Assembly (NCBI GenBank): GCA_013115145.1
Contig: JAAPAO010000283.1
Coordinates: forward strand, 1-43,208
DNA from: Perkinsus chesapeaki ATCC PRA-425
Taxonomy: Eukaryota > Protista > Perkinsozoa
DNA length: 43,208 nt
Reading direction: 5' to 3'
A program made the position numbers and the translations under genes. Positions 9,801 through 22,527 of the stretch are shown one piece after another (within the stretch, counting starts at the first letter, position 1; each line of letters opens with the position of its first letter). The notes beneath the pieces were generated by a model. That model saw only the letters and a list, made by a program, of their open reading frames with translations. It was not told the origin of the DNA and did not search any database.

Positions 9801-11739
9801 CTACCGCGTGCTCGACATGCTGTCGCTCAAGGAGCCACCGCCTTCAGCAGAGACCCCAGAGGAGTTCTCACGGTGGTTGCGGCCACTAGATAACGACGAA
9901 ACGCTCAGACCAGATGTCAATGCTCCAAGCCACTTCTTGCCCCATGAAGAAGAGGAAGAAGAATTAGGCATGCTTTTCGGCGGAGACTGCATGGTCGAGG
10001 ATTTCACTGATTCATGAATCGACTTTTTCGGCGGAATGGTCTCTTCGGCGTCGTCTACTTCATCGTCAGATATATCCCAGTCGTCGTCCTGTCCGCTCGC
10101 GAGAGCCTTATTGTCGGCCTTCGAACCAGCAGACGGTATGTTCAACCGTGGGACTTCCCGCAAAGGGTTCACTGGCACTGTTCGAGCAGGAGCATCTTCT
10201 TCATCGGAAGCGGGGAGCTCCTCTGCCGAGGTCTCACTCTCCTCTTCTTCTCTATTCTGTATAATCATCTGCCCCACGTCGTGGACCAAGTCATGGAATG
10301 CCCCCGCTGCAGTGTACTCTGTCTGCGTCCACCTGAAAGGCATGCTTGGAGTCCTTTTTGTTTTAGCTTGCCTACGCATCAGCTGGCAAGTGCTTCGTGG
10401 GAGCCTTGTACAAAAATGCCGACAAGTTGGGCCACAGCGTGCCGTCACCGCTTTCAGATGCTTCCGTCTGGGTGCTTGCGGGAACGCCGACCGTTGCTCG
10501 TCGACCACACCTGTAGCGGGGTAGACAAGTTACCGTAACCTGACCCTCACGCAGTGCAAAAGCGCTTCCCGGGCTTTGAAGGCGACACTTCCCGCTGCAC
10601 TTCTACTGCTCGTCCAACTAAAATGGCATACCTATATTCTTTCGCCTCATGAATCTACCTCCTTTGTCCTCTAGAAACTGTCCAACCTCAGTGGCCACTT
10701 CATAAGCCAGGCCTTGAGCAAAGGCTGTTATGGAGTGCTCTGTCTGGACGCTTTTTGGTAGGCCTCGGGGAGAGGTCCTAAATACACAGGAATCACTGTA
10801 GGGCCAGTGAGAGGGCCCTTTCAACAGCTATAGGGGCGCGAAGACTACTGTGTTGAGGTATTTGTGTGCGCAACTTCTTCAAAGTCTCCGCCGCTGTTTT
10901 CATCGGCATGTCCGCATCTACAAATAATGTCTAACAAGAAGACTTCAAAGGAAACCTTACAAGAAGCAGCCATTCACGGGGTGTACTTCCTGGGGATCGA
11001 CGCCTGTGTCTACCATCGTGGGCCTTTCTGAAAGTGACATGACATTAGCGAAGCTCCCTCTAATAAGAGGTGTACCATATAGGCTTCGCTGCTGCTGTGA
11101 CGGACCCTCCACACTCGGTGATCTTCGGTTGTTATCTCCGAGGCCAGCAAGCACTTCTTCGTACTGCTCAGTTACAGTCTTGAGCCTGCATCGGAAAGCG
11201 AATGTTTTTAAGAGGAAAAGCCGATGCTGATACGAAGGGTTTGAACGGCAGTAAGCCAGTGAAAGATACGTGTCCTACTTGAGCTACGAAAGATACTAAA
11301 CAGGTTAAGGCTCAGCAGGATATTGGAAACCTGGAGGTTGTAGAAAGGAGCGGTATGATTGACCCACTTATGCTGCAGCTCAATAATGGCTTGTCGATAA
11401 TGACTTATACAACTTCGAGCGACGTCTCGCTTCAACAGCTCCTGGTTAAGCCGACTGAAAATAACGGTCCGTAATCATGGCGACATCAACGAAGTAAGAT
11501 CACCTCTCTAGCTCGCGGCAACGAACACAAGCCGCCTCGGGCACATGCACTGTGGTTGGCTGATCTAGCTCGGCTTCACCCGTATCAGCTTGAATATACG
11601 AGACAGACATGGGGTGAGACCAGACATCACTGCCGAGAGGCCGTATAAGATATTTTTGTATATTCAAGAGGGGTCGGAGTTGACGACACAGTCTAACTAA
11701 TACAGTAGTACCGAGGGATTGCTGTAGGTGGATACGCAT
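9801..11739 (-). CDS. Hypothetical multi-exon protein with acidic low-complexity C-terminus
   Basis: Long ORF 9801-10508 (EEEESETSAEELPASDEED, DDDWDISDDEVDDAEE) plus protein-like upstream exons (LNQELLKRDVARSCISHYRQAIIELQHKW; AFAQGLAYEVATEVGQFLEDKGGRF) separated by GT-AG introns. No family recognised. Confidence 0.55.
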
Positions 11740-12008
11740 TTTTGGGCGAGCGCGCTTGGTCCTGCGCTGCAGTACGATGTGCGCGTCACAGGCCTGCTAA
11801 TGTTTTCGACAGAGCTAACCACATACTAGGTTTGAAGCTGAAGCTTATGTATTACAGAATGTCTCTTAGCAATGTGAAAGATTGCCCCGAATCAGCTCCG
11901 GTCCATTGAACTGTAGAAAAGATTCCAAATAGGTCAATTGAGGTGCATTATTTTTAATCATCAGTTATTGTATTAATTCCACTACAGTTCTCTCACTGGC
12001 TTGAACAG

Positions 12009-12544
12009 ATGCTCCAGTTCCCACGAGTCGCTCTCGCCTTTCTCTGGGTAGCTCTTCCAATGATCAGCATTGTGGCTTCCCTCACTGTAGGCGGGATATG
12101 TGAAGGTAGCATCAACCATGCTTTTTCAAGCTTAGTCCATTTCATTTAGTCTCCTCCTGCAGCCCAGCTGGGCTCTTTGTTGGAGTAATCCTAGGCTGGT
12201 GCGGTCTGGCATCTATACTATCACTGGGACCATTTGTCGTGCTTTACAAGCGTCAGAGTATCCTCCGCGATGACCCGGGTATATTATTGGAGGGCTGTGA
12301 TCCTCATAACGTTGTTGTCAAGTACTTTGACACCCTCTCCCGGGGAGAAGTCAACCTATCTGACACTTGTGCGATTTGTCTCGAGAATCTCGATCTTAGT
12401 GTGGCGGTGAGCCGATCTAAAAGATGCGGCCATTGCTACCATCAAGCTTGCATAGAGGACTTGATTCTCTTTTGCGCCCGAAAATCCCCTTGTGGTGTAG
12501 TGGAGGGCACCACTTGTCCACTATGTCGACGCCGTATGATTTAA
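12009..12544 (+). CDS. Transmembrane RING-H2 (C3H2C3) E3 ubiquitin ligase
   Basis: CAIC-x14-CGHCYHQAC-x18-CPLC, preceded by two hydrophobic segments (VALAFLWVALPMISIVASLTV; GLFVGVILGWCGLASILSLGPFVVL) joined in frame by intron 12106-12149. The start may lie further upstream. Confidence 0.85.
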
Positions 12545-12549
12545 AGAGC

Positions 12550-13327
12550 AGCAGCATCAGCAGCTAACCCCCCTTGTTACATTATCTAGCGAGCTCTATG
12601 CTCATATTGTCCGACGCTCACCATCTGGCAGCGCCACCTGAGTAGCTGCTATGGGCGCTTCTAGTATGCAAGCTCCCGAAGTATCATTGCCTTCTGAACT
12701 TTATATCAAGTGTCTCTGGTGCGTATCTTGAGGTTGAGAAGGATTTGTCCACGAACTTTTTATAGTGTAGCCGTAGCACCCCGTAGTCTGCTTGATCGTC
12801 CCCCTTTCCTTGACACCTTTCAATCAGTCTACTGCTGTTGCGTTTAATAATATAATATCTTCACCAGGATGCTGGTTCGTGTCGCATGCGTAGTGTCTAA
12901 TACTGAGTACGGCAGTGGTGGCTTAAGTAGGCTGCCGAGGAGTAGACGGGCGGGAGAGCAGCTATTGGCCAGATGCAAGAGAGAGGGATATAATGTAATG
13001 CAATCTGGGTGTTGATTAAGACCTGCTCGTGTTCAATAGCGTTTGTACCTTCAAGTTGGGCTCGATTCGTGCCATTCATAGCGGATTAAGCCCTTGTTAG
13101 TTTAGCGCAATAAACTCGGCTAGTTGCCAGCACTGCAGCGGTTTCAGATATGCATGCATCTCGCCGATTTGGTCCGCGAGGATCTTCTTCTCCAATTGAA
13201 GGAGCTGCTTAGAACTCTCCAGCGTGTGGTGGATGGTAGTGACTACTCGGGCATGCAAATCTTGCTGGCATACTGTGGCCATGGCGGAGAGGACGGTATG
13301 GTGGTAATTGGGGGGAAAGGCACCCAA
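12550..13327 (-). CDS. Hypothetical protein
   Basis: Protein-like exons (LHARVVTTIHHTLESSKQLLQLEKKILADQIGEMHAYLK; DQADYGVLRLHYKKFVDKSFSTSRYAPETLDIKFRR). The joins are not resolved. Confidence 0.4.
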
Positions 13328-13634
13328 CGAATCCGGCTTGGTCGTATCTCTGGGTGTCAGTAGCAGTAGTTCAGTTGAATTGGCGACTGATGCCTATTGG
13401 AAAGTATGTCGACTAAAGAACATGTACTAAAACTACGTTGTGGCTGCAGTGTGCTCCGCTTCTCCGCACAGAGTCAGAGGCTGAGTTTGGATAGCCCCGA
13501 GTGGGTACCGGCATTCTGATTAGGAGTGAAGGCATCGAGTGCATAGGAGAGCCATGATTCTCGAGTTTTCCGAATGAGGATTAGATCGTTCAACTTTTCT
13601 TCAGGTAAGGTGTGTTGATGGCGGTGCAGTCAAT

Positions 13635-14111
13635 TTGGCAATGGACTTCTTGCGGCCACTTCGTCGAGTGCTTGTGGGTTGTAACGTCAATCTGCTGATC
13701 GTATGTGACTGTTGTCGGCCGTACAGCAGGGAATCCAAGGTTGATGCGCGGATGAGGCACCTGAGCCGATCGAGGAGCATGCAGCTCTTGCCAAAACTGA
13801 GAGAAGATACTCGAGAGAAAGATACGTTGGAGGTTGACTTGGGTATACTGCGGCGCGCGAGGATTCTCGAAGAGTGCGAGCCCCAGGATGTCAGGATGGC
13901 CTTCGTCTTCGGCAACAATGCTGGCCTGCAATGCTGGGATGCCATTCTATTGCGAGCTTTCGCACTGCTGCCAGCAAACCGACCGTTTCGGAGGGTGGTA
14001 CGCCGATTGGCCACTGAAGTGGCAAGGCTCTCGGTCTACCATCAGAAACTACGGATAGTGGAAAACCCCACTGATGTACGCAGCGATGGCGTTCTAGACA
14101 TGTGTTGGTGA
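13635..14111 (+). CDS. Hypothetical protein
   Basis: 158-aa ORF with protein-like composition in its 3' two thirds. No motif. Confidence 0.4.
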   Translation: MAMDFLRPLRRVLVGCNVNLLIVCDCCRPYSRESKVDARMRHLSRSRSMQLLPKLREDTREKDTLEVDLGILRRARILEECEPQDVRMAFVFGNNAGLQCWDAILLRAFALLPANRPFRRVVRRLATEVARLSVYHQKLRIVENPTDVRSDGVLDMCW

Positions 14112-14420
14112 GGCGGCTTGTAGCACGTCGAGGAGAGTGGTTCAATCGACAGAGGGATTGTGTCGACGGGGACAGCATGGGGAGTATGTCGATTCCTTTT
14201 TCGCCCAACGACGAGGAGCATCAGCGACACCGCTCACACGATGTGTATGCGATAACTTTCCCGAGAATGCCATCGCCAGGGTGTGCAACGTCGCTACTAC
14301 GAAGAGCCGAGCATCACAATTTTTGCCAGTTAGGCTTTCATGCTGTTATTGCTGTTGTCTTTAGTCGTTGTTGTGTTGCAGTGGTTTCATGGAGAGGTTC
14401 AGTTTTATTAGTATCGATTG

Positions 14421-17400
14421 ATGCCTGCAGCTCCAGAGCCAGCCGAGGCCGACCAAGGCGAGATTCGTCTCTGGGCGCCTTTCTATCTTATCAACTATGC
14501 TATATTCGCCGTCATTTGCGCACTGCATTTGACGGTGTATTTCCGAAGTCGAGGGAAGTCTGGTACAGATGGTAAGGAGGGGCCTTCCCACCCCCTGGCG
14601 AGCTTGTCTCAGGGCATCTGGTGGACCTTCCTACTGAGGGAGTAACCCAGCGAGGGTACCGTAGAGATTATTTTGGTAGCGCGGTGAAGTGGCTGGGAAT
14701 ACTGTGGCTGCTGTGGATTGAGGTGGCACTCTTAACGCTTGTCATTGGACAGTAGGTTGGGATCGTAGTCGGTGGATGGAAAAGGTCGTTTTAGATACAA
14801 TGGCAGTTGGCCATTTTACTCGGTGGATTTCGAGCCAACCTGGAATAGCTTTACTAGAGGATTCTTGGCGGCTTGGGTAAGCCATTCCGCTCGGGAATTT
14901 GAGCTAATGGACTAATGGTATTATTCATATTAATAGCAAATAGTTTATTATTACCATTTGCTATCAATTTGGTTATTTAGTTGCAATAACCATTGTGTAC
15001 TGTCACGTGACAGCTGTTATTAGTATTATAAACAAGTAAAAGGTAGACAATCATTTCAAAGGTTATCTTTATACGCTAGTCTTTAGTGCTGGATCCACAT
15101 GGGTGCTATTTGCTGCTAGTTATCAGTGCTGCGGTTGATAGGTTACCAGTACGACAGTGTTGATGCTTTTGAAGAGGTTCAGTAACTTCTTCAACACCCT
15201 CTACCTCCTTCCCTCCGAGCTCCTTCTATCAGAGTAGTAATCGGTCTCCCCCTCCGTGATGTAGAACATGTCTCCCTCAGTTATGTGATGATGTCATCGA
15301 TGTGTGTTGATGAGTGTGGTGGGGTAAATAGGCATTCGGAGTTGTGTCCGGTTGAGGTAATATTAAGCTGGACGCAATTGAGTCGTTTGCGTATTTAAGG
15401 CTGCTTGGGGATATATAATATCATCACCAATGCAGAGGACATTAGAACTAGTTTTTATTGAATCAATATAATAACTGGATTTCCTATCGGCGTCGGCGGC
15501 GCGTAACATGTTTCATAAGGGTTGTATCCATGCATCAAATGCTACGGCTACACCATTCTCACCCTTAGGAAAGATCCTTGAAATTCAAACTAGCTTGCGC
15601 TGGTCGTTCGTATATTATGTCTGGTCATTGGCGGTTGAGCTGTGTAAAATGTGTAAGCTATGTAAGACCGTAAGATATATTGGTCTCGTATCTTCATGTC
15701 GGCTGCAAGCTTAAGTCGGAGTGAAGATACGTTATTCGGGTGTATGAATGTTGTCTGGTGATATTCATTGACCATCTAGATTTAGACGGCATTATTTTTC
15801 GGGAGTGTTGCAATGGCAGGGTTAAGTGACGGACCTCGTGCTCTTTCAGACTGCAATCGGCGCCTCTCGTTGGGTCACATTTCAACTTCGCCGCTACAGT
15901 TGGAGAAGTGCTAGAGACGTCGGGCCACCGGCATTCGAAGCAGCCACTATATACGATCCACGCGGGCCGACCGCTAGAGAGGTGAGGGCGCAGGTTCGAA
16001 TCCCGGCTGGGGTATTTTTGGGTATAGATACACTCCTCAGTGGCGGGTCACGATGCCATTACAGCGCTGAACATGCTGAAGGAGCATGGCAAGAACGAGA
16101 TAGTTATTCCAGTGCCGTCGTTTGTCAGGGCCGCGGTGAGGTGTAGTGGGAAGCGATAAGGTTGGAGCCTTCTTTGTTTAGGGTATAGAATACTTCAACT
16201 ATTTTTATATATATCAGCTGTGTGCTGTATGGCTCACGGTCTACTGGGATTATGTTACCTACGGCCTCCTTTTGGCGGTACTAGCAATAAGCAGCGGTCT
16301 TGTGAAGGTAATTATCCTTTGTGGTCTAATGGTAGAGCAGCTTGCTTCATTTCCGATGGTTGTGGGTTCGAATCTCGTTGACTGTTATTACCATGCAGGT
16401 GTATACGGAACGAAGGCAGCGTTTTGAGCTCCGCAACATGGCGAGGGTGAGCGGCACTGTGTGGGTGAAGCGCGACAGAATATGGATGAGAACAACCAGC
16501 GACCTAGTCGTCCAAGGGGTGCGTGATCCTAATTTTCGATCCTTCGTGAAACGCTTCGCTCCGCTTTTTCAGGATCTGATTGCTCTCATGAACGATGATG
16601 ATACCAGGGAGAGTGCTGGGCTGTTGGCTGTAGATGCGATGGTTGTCCGAGGAAATGCAGTAGTCGACGAGAGCCTGCTCACTGGGGAGACCATGCCAAT
16701 ACAGAAATTCAACGTACGGTGGGGTCTTTACCATATCGCTTAGTCGAGGAAGTATGAGGGGAAATAAATTCATGACATATTTCGGCGGGGTTGCTGAGGT
16801 GAGATATTTCCGGACAAAAAAATGATTACACTTTCCGATAGAGACAAGTACGAGGATTAGATTATTACATTGTAATGCTTGTACTCAGTCAGTTGGTGTT
16901 TATTACCACTGGCAGATTCGTTGAGTGACTTCAGGTTCCTGGTCCATCTGCTGATCCTGATTCGGCGGATATGCCCAGAAGCAAAGACACGGAGAATAAG
17001 AAGCACTACGTCTTTGCTGGCACGAAGCTGTTGTCTGCCACGGGTGCTCCTAAAGAGGACCTTCCCACCGACTCCTCGGGGACGGGTAAGAAGCTGCCAT
17101 TCAAATGAGTTGTATCTTTTGTACAGGCTGTCTGTTGGTCGTCACCCACACTTCAGCAGAGACCCTTCGGGGCAGTCTACTCCGGACGTTGCTATTTGGA
17201 GCACCTCTGAAACTTGCCTGGGCGAGCGAGATTCGTATCGTGCTCTGCATACTTATAGCCTTTGGTCTGGTGGAGTTCTTCATCCTCAACGCTCAATACT
17301 CATTCAGCCTTGGCAGTATCCTTACAGCATGCTTCTCTATAGTGGGCATGATCAACCCACTCCTTAGCATAGCGGTAGGGAACATTCCGTGAACTTGCTG

Positions 17401-20400
17401 GGAAAGGCAGATCATCTCTGGCAGATACTTGGGGGGCAGTTGGCAGCTGCATCGCGATTGCGGGCAGATAAGTCTAAGCGCACCTTCCGACTGATCGGGC
17501 GGAGTGCGAAGGAGAGAGGTGTGGCTGGCTCTGGGGCGCGCTGGAAATCTCCTCCTATTGCGGAGTATTCATCGTGTATTCTGCTGGCTACTGTCTATGC
17601 ACATCACACTGGGGTTACTATCGTATTGCCTATGGCAAAGCCCTTGCATTTTGAGACGGACTATTAAGGAGATCATTAATTACATAGATAGAGATAGAGA
17701 GGCAGCAGCGTCTTCATGAGTTATAACTTATCACTATTGATGGCGCGGGGAAAGAGAGACAGTGTGACCGTGACGCGCTGCTGTCTGCCGGAAGTGTTTC
17801 AGTAGAAGTTATATTCTGGGATTTAGTGGCGATCCCAGTCTCAAGACATGGGATGCGATAGCTGCAGACTTTCTCCCTTTCACTTGGCAACAGAAACTAG
17901 TGGCTGTTTGTGCTGGGCACGTTACTGAGAACATCTGGAGACCCCCGGAACTTCGGGAGCGGAGTCGCTTAGCGAAGCTCCTAAGCTTTCCCTTTCCCCT
18001 ATTCAGACGCCCAAGCGGCCTTTACCAACTGCGATCACGATGGTGACATCGGCGGTAATCTCCGAGTCTACTGTAGAGATGTTGAACGGCTCACTCTAAC
18101 CGGTAGACTGGGGGCGCCTCTGCCGCCGCCCTACATGAATGCTGCTGTTGTTCCTGCTGCTTTGGTGCAGGTCGACTCACCCAGATGTGTTTTGACAAGA
18201 CTGGCACCCTTACGAAGACCGGACTTGACTTCGTTGGTATAGTCAGAATGGATCCACACAAGTCGGCTACGATGGCTGGGCATTTTCATGGACGCTCTTT
18301 CCAGGCCGACAGCACCGCCCAAGCTGCTGTCCTTCACAAGCGGCCCTCCGTCCAATGGTGTTGGCGGCCTTCTTGGGCCGGCCTTGGCTCTGGCGCATAC
18401 CGTCAGCATCGTGGGCAAGAATCAGCGTGTCGGGCATCAAGTAGAGGAGGATAGGCGTTGGTGTGCGATTGTTAGTGGTAGGTGGAGTTGCGGATGGTGG
18501 AGGCAGCCGCGTCTCTGGGGTGGCGATATGATAGGGGAATGAGCAGAGGGGAGGACCCTATTGGTGAGACGATCGTGGCGAAAGTTGGTATGGATGTTTG
18601 GGCAGATGAGGGCAAATGGGAAGTATTGAAACAGCACACGTTTGACCATCACAGCATGACAATGAGCGTGGTGGCTAGGAACATTACGACCGGAAAGACA
18701 TACGTCTTCTGTAAAGGCTCCCATGAGGCTGTGATGGCAAGGTAGGTCACCTGTAGCGGTGTACTATTAACTGGTCATTATTTGCCATGCTAGAATGCTC
18801 TGACCCAGTATCTTTCTGGATTTCTTCAGTTGAGCCGCTAGATTCTCACCGTTCTACACTCCGCTCTCGGGTCTGGAAATCTGACCGAATTTCTTTAAAT
18901 CTGGTTGTGAGCTCACATGTGTAGATGACCATTTGTATTTATACCAAGTGCAGACTGCACTAGTGCTTCCGTTGTAGCTCCCAACAAGCCATTCCCATGG
19001 GGAACGCCGTGGTGGTACTTCCAGGTGCACCCTCCACGGTGGCGAGGAGGGCGGTGGTTCCGATGCCCGTGACATATTCGAAGGTCTTGTCGTATCGGCA
19101 GCGGAGCGGTACGCCAGTGAGGGCTGCTACGTCTTGGCGATAGCGGCTAAGGAGCTGACTAGGGAGATGGAAAGTGAGAAAATAACGTGAAGCGTTCGAA
19201 GTGTACGCATGCGCATGGTCAGCCCGCCTGCCGAGGCACGAGGTGGAGTCCGGCATGTCCCTCTTGGGCCTGCTACTCTTCCGTAACGAGCTCAAACCTG
19301 ACTCTAGTCGCCATATCGACTGTCTGAGGGCCGGTGGTGTCGACAGCGTGATGATCACTGGAGACTCGGTGCTCACCGGGGCTACAGTGGCGAGGAAAGT
19401 TGGTATCATTCCTCGTGGACATAGGTATGGTCGTGCCTTATCTGGAAAGATTGCAGGTGTTTGCTCAGAGTCGTCATCGGTGGCGCCTCCAGCGAGGGTC
19501 CAGAGATTGAATGGCGGGACTTGGATTCCCACGACGTCGTGCCCGAGTCTGTTGTATGCGGGCCGGGATGTCGTCCGACGTCCCTCTGCGTTACTGGAGC
19601 CTGTTTTGCGGCACTGTTGCGATCGGATAAGCTGGTCCCTTTGATGGGGTGCCGAGGGGAGTGCGAGAACAGCACGCTGCCTGCGGGCGTGCGAAGGTGG
19701 GAGCTGCCGCTGGGGAGGGGAGTGTTAGTGTTGATCAGGCCTGGTCTGGTGGATTGTGGTTGCAGTCGTATAAGAGTATTTGGTAGAATGACACCACATC
19801 AGAAGGTTGCTGTTATAACATCATATTCTCGCGCGCCACTTAATTTAATAACAGGAATGTGTGGTGATGGTGGTAATGATAGTGGAGCACTTAGAGCAGC
19901 AGCTGCTGGTAAGTTTTATTATCTTTATTATTTTTAATTATTTATTTTAGGTTTGGCATTGAGTGGTAGAGTCGAGGCCAGTGTAGCAGCACCATTTAGT
20001 ACAGATAGTCCCAGCATTGGCTCATTAGTTTTATTATTAAGAGAAGGTATCAAATAATTCATCATCACTTTAATTATATATTTCAGCTCGGGCATCAATG
20101 TGTACATCCTTTGCCTCATACCGCTTCCTCGTTGTCCGTGGGATTCTCGGAGCCATGGGCAAGGTGAGCTCAGTCATCGGCAGTCTTCTGTTATTGGCCG
20201 GCCTACTTGTAATTATTTGTTAAGGCTTTTTTCTATTATTAATTATAATATATTGATTACTTTTGTATAACGCTACTGTACTACTTCCAAGCATCATAAT
20301 ATATTATAATAATGAGCAGAATCATAGTACTTGTCGAGGACAAGATGTTCGGTATTTTGGCTTATTGCTCTCGGTTTTGGCTGGTGCAGTGACTACATCT

Positions 20401-22246
20401 ACTAGTATAGTATAGCGGTAGCCACCAATAATTAGTCATTATATCCATTCTTATAATGACGGAAGGGCCCCCTGTTATCACTTCGTATCAGATAATCCTG
20501 CTGTCTATGGTCGGTGCCTACTTGGCCCCTCTTGGTTACCTATTTCAAGATCTCATCATGACGCCATTGCTTCTCTGGGCTATATCTATGGTAAGGCACC
20601 AGAGCCTCGCGTCAGTGTGATTGTATCATCTAGGCTCGACCGGCAAGGACGCTGGCAGAAGTGGCGCCAGAAGGCAGCCTCCTTGGGCCAGCCATGATCA
20701 CCGCATCAGTCTTCACTGTGAGTTCTAGGCGCTTTTAGGCTGAACATAAGGCAGTCCTCGGCGCAATAAATATTCCGTGGAGTCAGAATTAAGCGAAACG
20801 GCCAATCGTCATCAATAATCGCTGAATACTCATGCGTCAGTTTGGAGTGTTTTGAGTAGTCCGCCGCTGCCAAATCGGTCACCAATGAGCATAACAGCAT
20901 TTCTGTGTCTATATGATATCTACCGATCATGGCGTCTTGTATCTAATGTTATCGTGAGTCATCTCGAGCCTAGAGTGGAGTGCTCTGTCTTATCCTTGGC
21001 ACATGTCGGGTTTCAGGTTCTCATTTTAACATTCTTCCTCCTGGTAGCTCTCGGTATACTTTATCTTAATGACGGCGAGACATGGTTTGTAGGTCCAGTC
21101 AACCGGGCTTCGCTTCCACACGTTCACTTTGCTAGGGGCGCTTCATCGATGAGAATAGCGACATCCACGAGTGGCAGAAACGTTCCGACAATTTCGAGGC
21201 AGCCCTGACATGGGTGTGGATGTCATGGGCCACAGTCGACACAGCGGTGTGCTACTCCTATGGCCACGTCCACCGCCGAGCAGTGTAGGCGTCGTTGAAG
21301 TTTATCGGACGAGATGTTGTATAGGTACCGTAATTTGGCATTGGTGACATCTGTAGTGGCGCTTGGAGTGCCAATATTAGTACTCCTTTTGAATGGCAGC
21401 TGCTCATACAACTGCGCCTTCAAGGTAAGGCGCCTTCCAGTTGGGGCTCCTTGAGACCATGTTGCGAGATCCTCCGATGGTGGACCCTAGAATGTGGGTA
21501 ATTCGCATATTGCAGGTGCCTCTTTGGTAGCCTTCACGCCACGAGCTGTGTGTATTGGCAGACTCGGCAAATAGCTTTGACTCCATTCGGGGATTATGAA
21601 TAGGTTCCGTTCTGATCGGTGACGTATTCAGGTCAACTGCCACGAGGACGACTATTTTCCCCTTAAGGACAGTTGGTTCAACTATTTCCTCTTCAGCTAC
21701 GAGGAGATCGGCGGCACTGAGTGGTAGGGCCCATCACCGTCCCTAGCGGCAGCACACAAAACTCTGTCCCCTATGGCAGGTACAACAGTGTTCCGTCGAA
21801 TGTGCTCCCCGTTGGGCTACGATGGGGTTTCTTCGCCCTTTTCACGGGCATGACCATCTTCCATCATCTTTCCTATAAAATCATAACACTCGGTCCATGC
21901 GTCCAGAAGGTCCTCCCCAGTTGGGGATGGGGCGCTCGTGACGGTATGACTTGCCGGCGGATTTTCCATCCCGAAAATGCTTCTTCCAGCCTCGGCCGGC
22001 GTCGTCAGTGGCGGCGGTCGCTCGTTCCAGTTGCCGAAGCTTCGGGTTCTGGGAAAGAAATTAAAGAGGAAATTCCGGAGGAGCGGTATGGCTGTAGGCC
22101 TATCAGTGTCGATCATTTCGAGCTCAGGTGGCGGCAAGTCGAAAACATCTCGTCGGGATTCCATCGCTTCGCTTGCCACCGATGCCGACTTCACCGGAAT
22201 GGACTTCGCCGAGGATCGCTTCAGTGATATCCAGCACGTTGCGTAG
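14421..22246 (+). CDS. P5-type (P5B/ATP13A-like) P-type ATPase, paralog 1
   Basis: HGKNEIVIPVP, VDESLLTGETMPIQKF, CFDKTGTLT (Asp codon 18194), FDHHSMTMSVV, KGSHE, LGLLLFRNELKPDS, MITGDS, VFGRMTPHQK, GMCGDGGNDSGAL and ASVAAPF, plus N- and C-terminal TM helices. About 25 introns; last exon ends DIQHVA*. Confidence 0.93.
15984..16019 (+). other. tRNA 3'-half-like sequence (B box, acceptor 3' strand, T5) inside intron 15982-16027
   Basis: GAGGGC GCAGG TTCGAAT CCCGG CTGGGGT A TTTTT. 28/36 ungapped identity to 28796-28831. Confidence 0.6.
16315..16386 (+). pseudogene. Degenerate tRNA or tRNA-derived SINE head inside intron 16308-16398
   Basis: A box TGGTCTAATGG (16322-16332) and B box GGTTCGAATCT (16365-16375) at canonical intronless-tRNA spacing. 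The T stem GTGGG/CTCGT pairs with wobbles, but the acceptor and anticodon stems are largely unpaired. Confidence 0.6.
19729..20129 (+). repeat. 401-bp tract identical to 27770-28170, copy 1
   Basis: Line-by-line comparison shows no mismatch and no indel (constant offset 8041), including intron sequence. Confidence 0.97.
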
Positions 22247-22527
22247 GCAGCCCCGACTAGACCATCAATTTGGCCAAGTTCATTTCAGGTTCCAAGACGA
22301 AATATCTGCTAGTCCTGACGACATTGGCGAGCCGGTGATTCTTGGTCGCAGCCGAGGCAGCGGTAACGCACTTTAATTACCTTATTAACTCGTCCGCACC
22401 GGTCATGATTAACTTCTTCCCCTGCTCTGTTGGGCGGAGGCCTATATTTAAGCTTTTTCCGTTTGTAGTGGTTGTGTTAATTTTGAGCAGCATCTAGCGT
22501 CGTTGCAGCTCCCTAACATATTTTACC

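Noticed and set aside
10014-10538. Long plus-strand ORFs overlapping the acidic minus-strand gene, and similar antisense ORFs elsewhere (13590-14014, 21817-22194, 38865-39279)
   Set aside because: Shadow ORFs of real coding sequence, with no motifs.
15000-15013. Perfect 14-bp palindrome CTGTCACGTGACAG (E-box core) in an intron
   Set aside because: Two to three palindromes of this length are expected by chance in 43 kb.
16347-16349. Functional selenocysteine or opal-suppressor tRNA
   Set aside because: Anticodon and acceptor stems are unpaired, position 37 is not a purine, and there is no long variable arm.
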